Origin: Anthoceros angustus
Taxonomy: Eukaryota; Plantae; Anthocerotophyta
Reading direction: 5' to 3'
NCBI GenBank assembly: GCA_010909165.1
Contig: VJWM01000019.1
Span: 1,426,001-1,490,000, forward strand
Length of the DNA stretch: 64,000 nucleotides
The notes beneath the pieces are model-generated. The model was not told the origin of the DNA, did no database searches, and saw nothing but the letters and a program-made list of their open reading frames with translations. Position 1 is the first letter of the stretch; each line of letters starts with the position of its first letter. A program made the position numbers and the translations under genes. Below are positions 1-11,400 of the stretch, piece after piece.

Positions 1-130
1 GTTCCTTGATGGAATTCTCTCTCCAAGGGAGCTAACACGTGTCATGTAAGGCCAGTGTTAGAAAGCAGTTGTGGAAGGGTGATAGGGATTCAGTGTTGCA
101 AAGCGGTGGCAGGCAATTTCTCGAGGCCCG

Positions 131-458
131 ATGGCGAGTGCAAAGGAAGAGAAGGCGCTGGAGGAGAAGGACATCAAGGAAGGAGATTACGTGTGCACCA
201 GATTCCGTGGCGGTGAGGAGACGATGCACATGTCTTTTAAACCTCCTCCGAAGGTTGAGCACAAATTATTAGAATATGTCTGTTTGTGCAGGCACTCGCG
301 AGGGGACGGTTGAGCACATCGCCAGGACTCCAGAGGAGCATCCTCATCCCCCCAAGGTCATCTTCACAAACCAGAGGGGACGCCAGGTTGCGCACAACCC
401 CTCCACTCTGACCAAGAAAGGGACAGAAGAATTCCAGAAAGAATGTGGCGGTAAATGA
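131..458 (+). CDS. Small two-exon gene (131-212, 292-458; 82 aa), fungal-type Hva1/Tudor-like (DUF2945-like) protein
   Basis: Removing a 79-nt GT-AG intron (213-291) joins two ORFs in frame: MASAKEEKALEEKDIKEGDYVCTRFRGGTREGTVEHIARTPEEHPHPPKVIFTNQRGRQVAHNPSTLTKKGTEEFQKECGGK. The pattern I-x-EGD-x-V-x-TR-x-RGG-x2-EG-x-VE...PPKV-x-F-x2-Q-x-G-x2-VAHNP-x-TL is one I recall from small fungal proteins. Confidence 0.7.
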
Positions 459-1933
459 CAATCTCGGGTGCAGCATTATTCAGGCAGATGGCCATAAATA
501 TCACAAATTATACAGTGTACAGTGCTGCAATCTTGTCGCTTGTCGTGTCACGGACACCAGATACATGTGCAGCAGGTTGGAGACGGTCTTTTGTCCGTTA
601 GGTGTAACTTGCCAATAAGATTTTACAGATGTGTAGAGATGTTGAATGTTGCTCAGCGACTAGATTCAGCAGCCATGCGTGCAAATAAAGGTGTGTTGAA
701 TCTGAGTCTGGCAATTAGAAGCAAGCAAGCTCGGAAGCACAGGTATTAGGACTGGTTTATTGACCGCAGCATTGATCAATTCGACCTAGATGCTGACAGG
801 CATACAGAATATAAGCTTCCTTGGAATTTGTGTCATGGAACTAGCTGAATCGACCACGGGCAGGGAGTGGCGTGAGGCTTCCAGCGTGAGCGGATCACTG
901 CTTCCCCAGAATGGTCCCTTGTGGATTTGATTGGTTTGTGGTTCAAGTAATATGCTAAGCGCTACTTTGAAGCTAATGAAAGAATGGGGTGAGATGGGCT
1001 GCAAGATTGGAGTCTTGGCCAATTGGTTTGGTGTAAAGTAACACCCATATGTGAGGCTTAGGTCTACGCAGTGTCCTCCTCCAAGAGCGGAAGAAATCAT
1101 AAGGGTAGATGCCCCTAGTAAAGGGGCTACTTGAGAACCTCCCCTCCCCCTCATCACACCATTTCATGGACAACATGGTTGGTGCCAAATCATGGCACAT
1201 CCCCAGTACATCGCCCTCACCGGTTCCAAAGTGCCACGAGAAGGCATAGTTGTGAACCATGCCATATCTTTGTGACATTGGAAATGGTACCACTCTAGTC
1301 TCCTCCAATTTGGTACACCATACAAAACAAACAAGTAACAAAATTGATAAAATTCAAGATTTCCTTTGGGGAAAAGTAGCGAACACATGAATAAACAAGT
1401 AATGCATTCCAAGTTCACTTTCCTCCGACGCGAGAGGTTCAACCAGGACGCGGGGTGATCTTCAACGGTGTGCCGTCTTTAAGGAGCGGAATTTTGTGTA
1501 GAGATGCGATCGGCTGTGGCTGCAGGTCTGGACATGTTGGCCGGCATTTTGTGCTGTGAGACGTGGTCATTATCACATCAATGGGGTAGCCATAGTAAGG
1601 AAAGTAGGGTTGGATAGCAATCGTGACGTGGGCTCGAGAGATGGGCTCCATGCACTTCTTTTGCGGGGTCCCCAGCTGTGATAGTCAGCTGCGGAAGGAG
1701 GCAGGTTTCAGCTCTCGTCGGTCTGGCTATCTCGCTGCAGCTGCGTTTCGGGTCAATTCTTGTTCCTCGAAAACGACACTGTTCCTAGGTTCTTCAAAAG
1801 TGCAGGATTTCTCCACGGATGAGCTGCCTCACAAGGTGCTCCTGCAGGCCTCTGTGGCCAAGGTACAAACCTTTCTCTGTGTTTCAGGTCGTCGTCGATG
1901 TTGTTACGATTTGTGTGGAGGGGCTGACGGTAG

Positions 1934-3586
1934 TTGGCCATGCTGCTGTTTGACATGCAGACACTGGCAGGACAAGTTGAAGGGGGATCCCTGGAACAGC
2001 GGGGGGGCAGAGCTGTGGAAGCATGTTCTGTTGGAGAGGAGGATAGCAGCGACGGTGTTCAGGTCGTTCCTGTGGTCGTGACGCCCAAAAGGAGGCTAAG
2101 AAAGTTGTTCAGGCAGAACAATGAGCTGTTGGGGTTTCCTCCTGAAATCCTCAGTGCCAATATTGCTTTTCTGGAGTCCATTGGAGTTCAGGAGAAACAC
2201 ATATTGTCCCTCATGGGAAAATGTCCTGCAGTGCTTGTTGTGAACTTGGAGGAAGTGCTGATGCCATTGGTAGAGCGTGTTCAGCAGCTTGGTGTGGACA
2301 AGAAGTTTATTGGTGGCTTGTTGAAGTATAACCCCAGCCGAGTGCTGCGTATTGCTGATTCAAATGTCAGTGCCAATGTAGAGTTTCTCAGCGGTTTAGG
2401 GATTGCTGCTGGTCAGATTGCCAGAGTTGTGCGCGGCAATCCACAGGTGCTGGTCATGGATGTTGTATCAGATTTCCAGCCATCTGTTGACTTCCTTTAC
2501 GGGCTGGGCTTGGATATAGTGAGTGTCCGCAAGGTCATCATTGTCTTCCCGACTGTTCTGGGCCTGCGTGTGGAGCAGAATCTGAAGCCTAAGGTAGAGT
2601 ACTTGAAGACCATCGGCGTGGCTCCGTCAAATATTGGGAAAGTGATTGTAAGATGCCCCCCGGTTCTTGGTTTCAGCCTGGACAACCTTTTGTCCAAAGT
2701 GGAGTACTTGCAGGGGATCGGAATCTCTTCAAGAACCTTGAAGCTGATGGTGGAGCGATGTCCTGCAATCTTGGGCTACAGCATAGAAAAGAATATGCAG
2801 CCTAAGATCAGGTATCTGGAGAGCATTGGAGTTGAGCAAAAAAACATAAGCAAGATCCTTGGTGTCTCGCCGAATCTGCTTGGCTACAGTGTGAAGAAGA
2901 ATCTGCAACCAAAAATCGAGTATTTGAAGAGCCTTGGAGTGGACCAGAGTGGCCTCAACAAAATCATCACAACGTCGCCAGTGATTTTGAGCTACAGCTT
3001 GGACCAAAGACTGAAGCCAACAGTGAAATTCCTGTCAGACATGGGTTTCAGCAATGACAGGCTGGTCAAGTTAATCATCTCAAGTCCCTCAGTCTTCTCT
3101 GTTTCTATCGAGGGAAAATTCTGTGCCACACTGCAGTTCTTCTCAAAGCTGGGCATGGATGCACGATCAAGTGGCATGGTGAGGGCATTCACATCATGCT
3201 TCTCAAATTCCATTGTGACTCTGGAATCAAGACTTCGGTGCCTTTCAAGCTATGGGTTCTCAGACTCTGACGTTAATGAGATGGTGAATGCCCAGCCTGC
3301 TCTCCTCACTCTGAGTGATGAAAACTTGAGACGCAAGATAGAGTTCCTGAAAGAGAGTACGGACTTTTTCGAGCTCAAGAGATGGAAACTTGCCAGATTT
3401 CTGACTTACAGCCTGGAATGTAGAATGAGGCCTCGACATGAGCTGATGTCTTGCATGAAGTCAAGGGGCGTCCTGAAACAGGACTTTCAGTTCACAACCA
3501 TGTTGGAGCTGTCTGAAAAGCAGTATCAAGACAGATTCGTTATGTGCCAGCTTGCAGACGCAGCCTTAGCCAAAGACCCGGGGTGA
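1934..3586 (+). CDS. mTERF-family (mitochondrial/plastid transcription termination factor) protein
   Basis: 550-aa uninterrupted ORF with many mTERF repeats (P.VL..S.E.NL.PKVEYL.S.G) and a typical C-terminus (LTYSLECRMRPRH). First ATG is at 1940; an upstream transit-peptide exon from ATG 1641 is possible but unresolved. Confidence 0.9.
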   Translation: MAMLLFDMQTLAGQVEGGSLEQRGGRAVEACSVGEEDSSDGVQVVPVVVTPKRRLRKLFRQNNELLGFPPEILSANIAFLESIGVQEKHILSLMGKCPAVLVVNLEEVLMPLVERVQQLGVDKKFIGGLLKYNPSRVLRIADSNVSANVEFLSGLGIAAGQIARVVRGNPQVLVMDVVSDFQPSVDFLYGLGLDIVSVRKVIIVFPTVLGLRVEQNLKPKVEYLKTIGVAPSNIGKVIVRCPPVLGFSLDNLLSKVEYLQGIGISSRTLKLMVERCPAILGYSIEKNMQPKIRYLESIGVEQKNISKILGVSPNLLGYSVKKNLQPKIEYLKSLGVDQSGLNKIITTSPVILSYSLDQRLKPTVKFLSDMGFSNDRLVKLIISSPSVFSVSIEGKFCATLQFFSKLGMDARSSGMVRAFTSCFSNSIVTLESRLRCLSSYGFSDSDVNEMVNAQPALLTLSDENLRRKIEFLKESTDFFELKRWKLARFLTYSLECRMRPRHELMSCMKSRGVLKQDFQFTTMLELSEKQYQDRFVMCQLADAALAKDPG

Positions 3587-3863
3587 TAATGGATGGAGCA
3601 GTGGAGCCCTGGGCATGGCACATGATCTGGTTCATCGGTTCCGAATTTTTCACTCTCGGAGTTGCTGAGGAACCGAAATAAAGTATTGGTACTAACATGT
3701 GACTCACTGTACAGAATTCTTGTGTAATGTTGATTGTATGATGGTGAGGTGGCCTGCAAAGCAGTTTCCACCAGAGGCAACACCAGAGGGAACATGGATG
3801 ACAAGTACCTTGGGGTACCTTGAAAGTTCCAGTAATCTCAAAGGCAGCAGCCTGGTGATCTGA

Positions 3864-6579
3864 TCAAGCGTCTTCTTGATTATCAATGCTGTGAAGTTGA
3901 TCCATCTGGGTTTCTTGAGGCATCGCTCTAAGATTTACACTCTCCGGATCCACCATGTCCGTGTAATACATCTGCTCCTGATCCATGACATCTTGCGGGG
4001 ACCCCTCGCTCTCCAGGGCTTGAAGGTCTGCTGCCTGCTGCTGCTGCTGGAGATGGGACCGGTCCTTGGCAGAAGTGGCGAGCTTGAGAGCTTCCATCTT
4101 CTGCTGAGCTCCGGGGAAGGCCTCACAGATGCAGGCAGCAGGGTACTCGTGGAAGCCTGCCTTGCCGGGCCTCACTTCCATGGGCTCTCCCATGAAGCCC
4201 TGCTGAGCGGACTGCAGCTTCTTGGCGAAGACCTCCCAGCTCATGGCGTGCCTGTCCATAAAGAGCTGCCCCAGCTTCCTGGCGTTGGGCCGGATGGTCC
4301 TCTTGTGCCCGAAGAAACGGCGTCTGCCGGCCAGCACCTGGGCCATGTTACCGTTGTTGTTGGTGACAAACACGTCGCTCCTGTCGCACACTATGTAGTC
4401 GATGGCTGCAAGCTGCGACGTGTGGTCCCCGAACGCCTGCAGCTCCTGCTTGCTGGCCAGCGTGTCCTTGGTCTCCAGGTTGGGGAACATGGCCTTGAGC
4501 GGCGCCAGCGTCCTCTCTCCCCCGTACACCTCCCCCGACGCAACGTACAGGTGGGACTCGCTGTCGAACCCCAGAGCCTTGAGCATGAGCCCGACTTCCA
4601 GAGGTGAGAGCGGACACTTGCCGTTCCGCCTCTGCTGTTCCGGATTCTTCACCTGTAACAGCATCAGCAGCAGCAGTAGGAATCAGGCCGCAAAGCACAT
4701 CTCCTTCCAGGTCAGGGTTTCATCATCTGCAGCAGGAGGAAGAAGGAGACACATGACATGCCATCAGATCATCTGCTTCTGGTTCACGAGATTCTTCACC
4801 AGCAGGAGGAGGAGGAATGAGATGAAAAGGCAAGCACCAGATCTTCTTCAAGATTAGATCTGGTTTTATAGGACACTCACATGCAGGTTCTCCCACCGCT
4901 TCCGAATCTCTCCAAGTTCTTGCACCTCGGCATCACCTCCTCCGTAATAGCAGCCTGAGAATGCCAGCATGTCCGGTTCAAACCTGTGAACATCTGAACT
5001 GTTCAATGCTAGGGCAGGAGCAAGGAAGGGAGCAGCAGAGCAAAGCACAGCATGCCAACGCTGCTTACCTGAGATGGAGAGCCATGTAGGTGCCCCCCTT
5101 CTGCTTCATCCTGTCCACCAGGGCTTGGCCCAGGGTGGAGATGGACCCGGTAAACTGCAGCGCCTTGTAATTCACTCGGCATCGCAGCTTCTGCAAGTCG
5201 GTGTCCAAGCTGTTGGCCAGCCGGAAGTCGAATTTTGTCAACCTGATTACCTGGAGGCAGGCACGGGTTCAACCTGAGGTCAGCATGGGTGCTGCTGCCG
5301 CTGCTGTACAGATGTTACCAAAGCCTGTGTCTGACTCTGACAAGGTAACGTCCCCCGACTGCACCCCCCAGCTGGCAGGCATTATGTGTAGAAAAGCTTA
5401 CTCGTCGTTCTCGTAGTACTGGCAGCACCGTGTCCAAGTAGAAAGAAGGCTTGCTCCTTCTGGGAACCCGCATGGAAAAAGCTGGCACATCTGCAGGCGC
5501 GCGGTTCACGACCCGCACCTCCTGGGCCACATTTCTGACGAACCAATCCTCATCAAAGAGGTCTCCAAAATTGCTGCAAATTCCGAGCAAGCCCGAGATG
5601 AGAAGCCAGTCACCGGCACCAGCACCAGAGCTCCCTGAATGCAGCAGGAAAGGAAATGCAAGCCCTACCTACCTGTCATCCTTCCAGAACGAGTCGTGAT
5701 CCAACTGAGGGATGACCAAGGTTGCATTCAGGATGCGGGCGACAACCACAGCGTCGGTGATCTGCAGAAAGCATAATAAACATCAGAACTGAGCTCAGCC
5801 AGTGAAGGAAGCCTCCAAAGAGCTCTGCACAAATTGGCATGGAAAGAAATCAACCAATCCCATACCCCGATCCGCTGCTGATTCAGCCCGCCACTGGTCT
5901 CGATTATAAGAAAGCCATTGGAATCCGAGGTGGGATCCACCGCTGCCACAAATCCAAACACAATGGTGTTGGAATTACTCCGCTCCGCAATCCTACCACA
6001 AATGCAATGTTGACTCAGGCGCAGCTGGGAAGGTAGTGATCCTCACGGGAATAATGACTGGAGGGATCGCTACAAGCATGGTAGAATCTGGAGTACTGCG
6101 ACCGCCATACCCGCTCCTTCAACACCGCACCTCTCTCCACCTGCTGTGATCACATTTCACAAGCTCCCCGGCCCTCAGCTGAGGAGAAGACCAGGCAAAT
6201 CAGCAGAGTCTGGCAGCCAAATCCTGCTCCTCCTACGTACCGGCAAGCGATGCAGGCCCTTCACCCGCACCTCCGGGTGCTCGGAATCCGTCTGCCAAGC
6301 CACCAGGGAACAAGCCGGTCAGACATTGCCTGCGGGAGAACACAAGAGCAGGGCGGGTGCAGCGTTGTGGGCTGTGCGCGTACGCACCAGCAGGAAGTTG
6401 GAGGACTGGGTCCGTTGCGGCCATAGCGGGCTGGCCCCGCGGGTGAAGCTGTCTCTGTCGGGGAGATGGCCGGCCAGGGAGAAGACGAAGGCGATGACCA
6501 GCAGAGCCGAGGTGATGTAGAACAGGGCGGTCAAGGTTGTGGGAGCGGGTAGGCGTTTGGGGCGTGGGCGGGCCATCAT
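3864..6579 (-). CDS. O-fucosyltransferase family protein (plant GT106-like), multi-exon, N-terminal transmembrane anchor
   Basis: Exons encode NGFLIIETSGGLNQQRIG, FGDLFDEDWF, FEPDMLAFSGCYYGGG, KCPLSPLEVGLMLKALGF, LAAIDYIVCDRSDVFVTNNNGNMA and GFMGEP...FHEYPAACIC. A TM segment (LFYITSALLVIAFVFSL) follows the ATG at 6579. Confidence 0.92.
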
Positions 6580-8491
6580 CCGGCCCAGCTTCCATTGCCT
6601 GCTCTTCCCGCCCACGGCATCCGATGGATCCTAAACCCCCAATCCAATCCACACCACAGCACACCAATCAAATCCAATCCCAGCTCAGGCTGAGAAGGAG
6701 CCGGAAGACGGAAGCTGGAAGCTGGAAGCTGGAGCCGAGCTGGTGGGATTTGAATGCACGTCGCCCCCCAGTCCTCCAGGACCAGAATCGCAGAATGAGA
6801 CGCTGCTGCGATTCGCGCCTTTCCCGCAGATCCGCGCACTTCTCGGAAGGAGCGAAGGACCAGTCGGCGGGAGCAGGTTTGCGGTGGGATGGGATCTCTC
6901 TGCCGGGTGCTCGCACGACGCAACGTGCTCCGCTTCATACACACTGTTCGTGTATGTATGTACATCCATCTATGGAATTGGCCGGGCCCGGTGACTGAGG
7001 ACCCGTGACCGGAGCAGCCGGTGTCCTGCCGGTTGCCTTTCCCGATTCGACTAGGGTTTCGTCATTTCCGGCACAAATCGGGCCTGCTTCCGACGACCGC
7101 TGCTGATGTGTTGGGATTGGTTGGGTCTCCCGTCGGCTGCGGCTTTCTCGCCTTGTGAAAGTAAGATTGCATCGAGCCCCAGCTGGTCAGTGATTAGCCC
7201 CTTCCTGCCAGTGGCAAGGCAGCCCTGGGGATTTTGTGTATGCAGGTACACATGGTGGGGAGGAAGCGGTGCGCTGCGAGAGCTGGATTCAGGGTTGAAG
7301 AGCCGGGGGATAGTTGGACAGGAGACAGGACGGTGGTGGAGTATACGGCTCTGATTTCTGGTGTAGGCTTCTGAGTGGTGCCGCTTCCATTGGTACCGCC
7401 ATGTTAGGTGTTGGAATCCAGTAAGGAAGGACTAGGGTCGGTTTTGGGAAGTGAAGGAGCTTGCCATGCAGCGCAAAGTGAAGTTTAAGGGGAAATTTTA
7501 GTGATCACGATTCTGGATCAGTCGTAGGGACATTAACGAACTGCCGTAACTGACGACCAGGTCAAAATCATTGTACATACTTCCAGGTCCCTGGGACCGG
7601 ACCTTGTGATATAATGAGAGGTGGGCGGAAAATGTCCAAGAAAGAAACCAACAAGTACGCATGCCGGGACGGGATGCATAATTCACCTCACGACTTGAGA
7701 AGGACCAGCATTTGTTTTCAACCCGCGGTTTGCGAGTATCCCGCAGAATTACTGACTCAGCGTCGTATTAATAATTCTGGCTGAAACGCTCCACCTCCAG
7801 GAAATGCTTCTCTGGATTGACTTCTGTGTTCAGAAAAATGTGGATGTGGTTTGCCCGTGAAAGCTCTCAATCAGTACTCTTATCGGCAAGTTTGCCACAG
7901 CAAAGGCACCCACGAAGGGACAATTGGGCTAGAGAAGTTGATAGTGTACCAAGCTTGTGTATGCAATGGCCTCTGGACTTGCGATTCCGTTTCTAAGGAG
8001 ACGATAGACGAAATTTGATTTGCTTGGCATTCGGATTCTGGGAGGCATGCTAGCATCAAAGCATGATGCGGGTCCAAGGCCTTATGCAATGCAGGCATAA
8101 CCTTGACTGCAGACCATATACCCCGTTAACAGCGTTAGGACGGCATGTTCATATAAGGAATCCGAAACACTGGAAGTCACATCGTCTATTGCCGCAACTT
8201 GAACCAGGGGGACGCTTGGGAGGATCGAGTATCTTGCTCCTTGCAAGTTTGATCTGCGTGGTTTACTACACATATGTCGTATGGCGGAGGGTTCTTTTGC
8301 CGAAAATGATAAGCTCGTTTCGCGCACAGAAGATGTTGGCCAAGGACTACAGGAGTGCAGGTGGAGGGAAAGAGAAGCTCAGCCCAGCTTATAGACTTGA
8401 TATTAGCCTGGGAGTGCTACCAGGTGGTGCAGGAAATGCCTTGTGTGATCCGGGTTTTTGGAAGATCATGACATGAGGCTGAGCGTGCTCC

Positions 8492-11400
8492 ATGGATGTC
8501 TGGAGCGTTGCTGCTGAGTCACGCAAATGGCATCAGGACCCGTTGTGGGGGCAGTTTTCGTGGACCCAACAAATCGGGAGAGTGCTAACAGATGTTCGAG
8601 GAAGAACTCCCGCGCACCTGACGTCCAGGAACCAACCGTTGCCACACAAGCAAGCCTCCAGGTGGAGCACCTCTGCAAGACAGCCAGCCCGTGCAAGGGG
8701 ATTTGTGGCTGGAGACGGAGCTTCCTCCAAGGGTAGTGCTCAGGAGCCCTTGCTGGTGTCCATACTTGGGTTGGATAATGGGGAAGAGATGGGTCGTCGT
8801 GCTTGGAAAGCAAGCTGGAGCTTGTCGGATGATGCTGACCCTCTCGGGACTGCAGCATATGAAAGGGGCGTGACCGATGAAACCGTGAGTAAGCTGTGTC
8901 ATGAGGGCCATGTTACTGAGGCTGTTGAGGCTCTAGGAGTCCTTGTGCAGACACGTCGTCGTATTTCGAAATCTCTCTTGTATGCTGTGCTGAAGCAATG
9001 TGTTGACAAGAAGGAGCTTGTTCTTGGTCGCCGGGTCCATGCTTTCACGGTGATAAAGGGGTTCCAAGCGGACACGTTCGTGTGCAATCACGTCCTTCGG
9101 ATGTATGCTTCTCATGGCAGGTTGCAAGAAGCGATGGATGTGTTCACCGTGGTTGATGAGCCAGATACTTTCATGTGGGCTTCCATAATTTCTGCGCATG
9201 CTAAACATGGACAGAGCAAGCAGGCCATACAACTCTATCATCGGATGCGCACGTCAAGTGTGAAACCAGATGGCCATGTGTTTGTGGCAGCCCTTCAGGC
9301 TTGTGCAAGGGCGTCAGACTTGAAAACTGGGCAGCAGGTGCATGCTGATGTGCTGGACCGCGCAGTTGAGCCTCACTTATTTGTCAGCAATTGCCTGGTG
9401 GACATGTATGTAAAGTGTGGCAGTTTGGAGGACGCTCAGAACGTGTTTGATGGACTTGGTCAGAAGGATGTGGTGACTTGGACTGCTCTGATTGCAGGGT
9501 ATTCCAAGAGGGGCATGGGCCAAGAAGCCCTTCGTCTCTACAGTGCTATGCAAGAGGAAGGCATTGCTGTACCCAATGCCATGACCTTTGTGTGCCTATT
9601 GCAGTCATGTGCGAGTGTGGGCAACCAAGCGTTGCAGAAGGGGAAGCAGCTTCATGTGCAGATTACAGAAGGAGGACTCGAATGTGATGTTTTTATAGCC
9701 ACTAGCTTGGTGAACATGTATGCAAAGTGCGGCAGCTTGGAAGACGCTCAAAAAGTTTTTAATGGACTTGATCACAAAGATGTAGTGACATGGACTGCCA
9801 TGATAGCAGGGTATTCCCAGCAGGGAATGGGCCAGGAAGCCCTTCGTATTTACAGTGATATGCAAGAAGAAGGCTTTGCTGTACCGAATTCCGTAACATT
9901 TGTGTGCCTCCTGCAGGCATGTGCAAGTGTAGGAACCCTGGCACTGGAGAAAGGAAAGCAGCTTCATGCGCAAATTAGAAAAGGAGGGCACCAAGACGAT
10001 GTGTTTGTAGCCAACAGTTTAGTTAATATGTATGCAAAGTGTGGCAGTTTAGAAGATGCTCAGACAGTGTTTGATGGACTTGGTCAGAAAGATGTAGTCA
10101 CATGGAATGCTATGATATCAGGATATTCCCAGCAGGGCAGGGGCCAGGAAGCCCTTCACATTTACAGTGCTATGGAAGAGGAAGGCATTACTGTACCTGA
10201 TTCCGTGACATTTGTGTGCCTCTTGCAGGCATGTGCAAGTGTGGGTCCCCCCGCGTTGGAGAAGGGGAGGAAGCTTCATTTGCAGGTTAGAGAACGAATC
10301 GATCAAGCTGATGTCTTTGTAGCCAGCAGTTTGGTGAACATGTATGCAAAGTGTGGCAGCTTGCAAGATGCTCAACGAGTGTTTGATGGAATTGGTGAAA
10401 AAAATGTTGTGGCATGGACTGCCATGATAGCAGGATATTCCCAGCAGGCATGGGGCAGGAAGCCCTTAATGTCTACAGTGGTATGCAAGAAAGCGGTATA
10501 GCTGTCCCTAATTCTGTGACATTTGTATGCCTCCTGCAGGCGTGTGCTAGTGTGGGTAGCGCGGCGTTGGAGAAGGGGAAACAGTTTCATTCCCGAATCA
10601 GAGAAGAAGGACATCAAGCGGATGTGTTTGTAGCCAACAGTTTGGTAAACATGTATGCAAAGTGTGGCAGCTTGAAGATGCCCGCAGAGAGCGTTTGATG
10701 GACTTGTTAAGAAGGATGTGGTGACGTGGAATGCCATGATAGCAGGATATTCCCAGCAGGGCATGGGCCAAGAAGCCCTTCGTCTGTACAGTTCTATGCA
10801 AGAAGAAGGCATGGCTGTACCTGATGCTGTGACATTGGTGTGTCTCCTTCAAGCATGTGCAAGTGTGGGTCCCCCCGAGTTGGAGAAGGGGAGGAAGCTT
10901 CATTTGCAGGTTAGAGAACGAATCGATCAAGCTGATGTCTTTGTAGCCAGCAGTTTGGTGAACATGTATGCAAAGTGTGGCAGCTTGCAAGATGCTCAAC
11001 GAGTGTTTGATGGAATTGGTGAAAAAAATGTTGTGGCATGGACTGCCATGATAGCAGGGTACGCTCAGCAGGGCATGGGGCAGGAAGCCCTTAATGTCTA
11101 CAGTGGTATGCAAGAAAGCGGTATAGCTGTCCCTAATTCTGTGACATTTGTATGCCTCCTGCAGGCGTGTGCTAGTGTGGGTAGCGCGGCGTTGGAGAAG
11201 GGGAAACAGTTTCATTCCCGAATCAGAGAAGAAGGACATCAAGCGGATGTGTTTGTAGCCAACAGTTTGGTAAACATGTATGCAAAGTGTGGCAGCTTGG
11301 AAGATGCCCGCAGAGCGTTTGATGGACTTGTTAAGAAGGATGTGGTGACGTGGAATGCCATGATAGCAGGATATTCCCAGCAGGGCATGGGCCAAGAAGC

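Noticed and set aside
786-1651. Short minus-strand ORFs, one containing TRGIYPYDFFRSW, faintly like the KGVYPYEY motif of Polinton-type DNA polymerase B
   Set aside because: Single short motif, no other polymerase motifs, fragmented frames and no convincing splice model.
3876-4607. 243-aa plus-strand ORF
   Set aside because: Antisense shadow of the GC3-rich last exon of the O-fucosyltransferase.
7000-8480. Several 60-140-aa ORFs and a single telo-box-like TAGGGTTT at 7052-7059
   Set aside because: No recognisable domain or consistent exon chain; one 8-mer is expected by chance in 64 kb.
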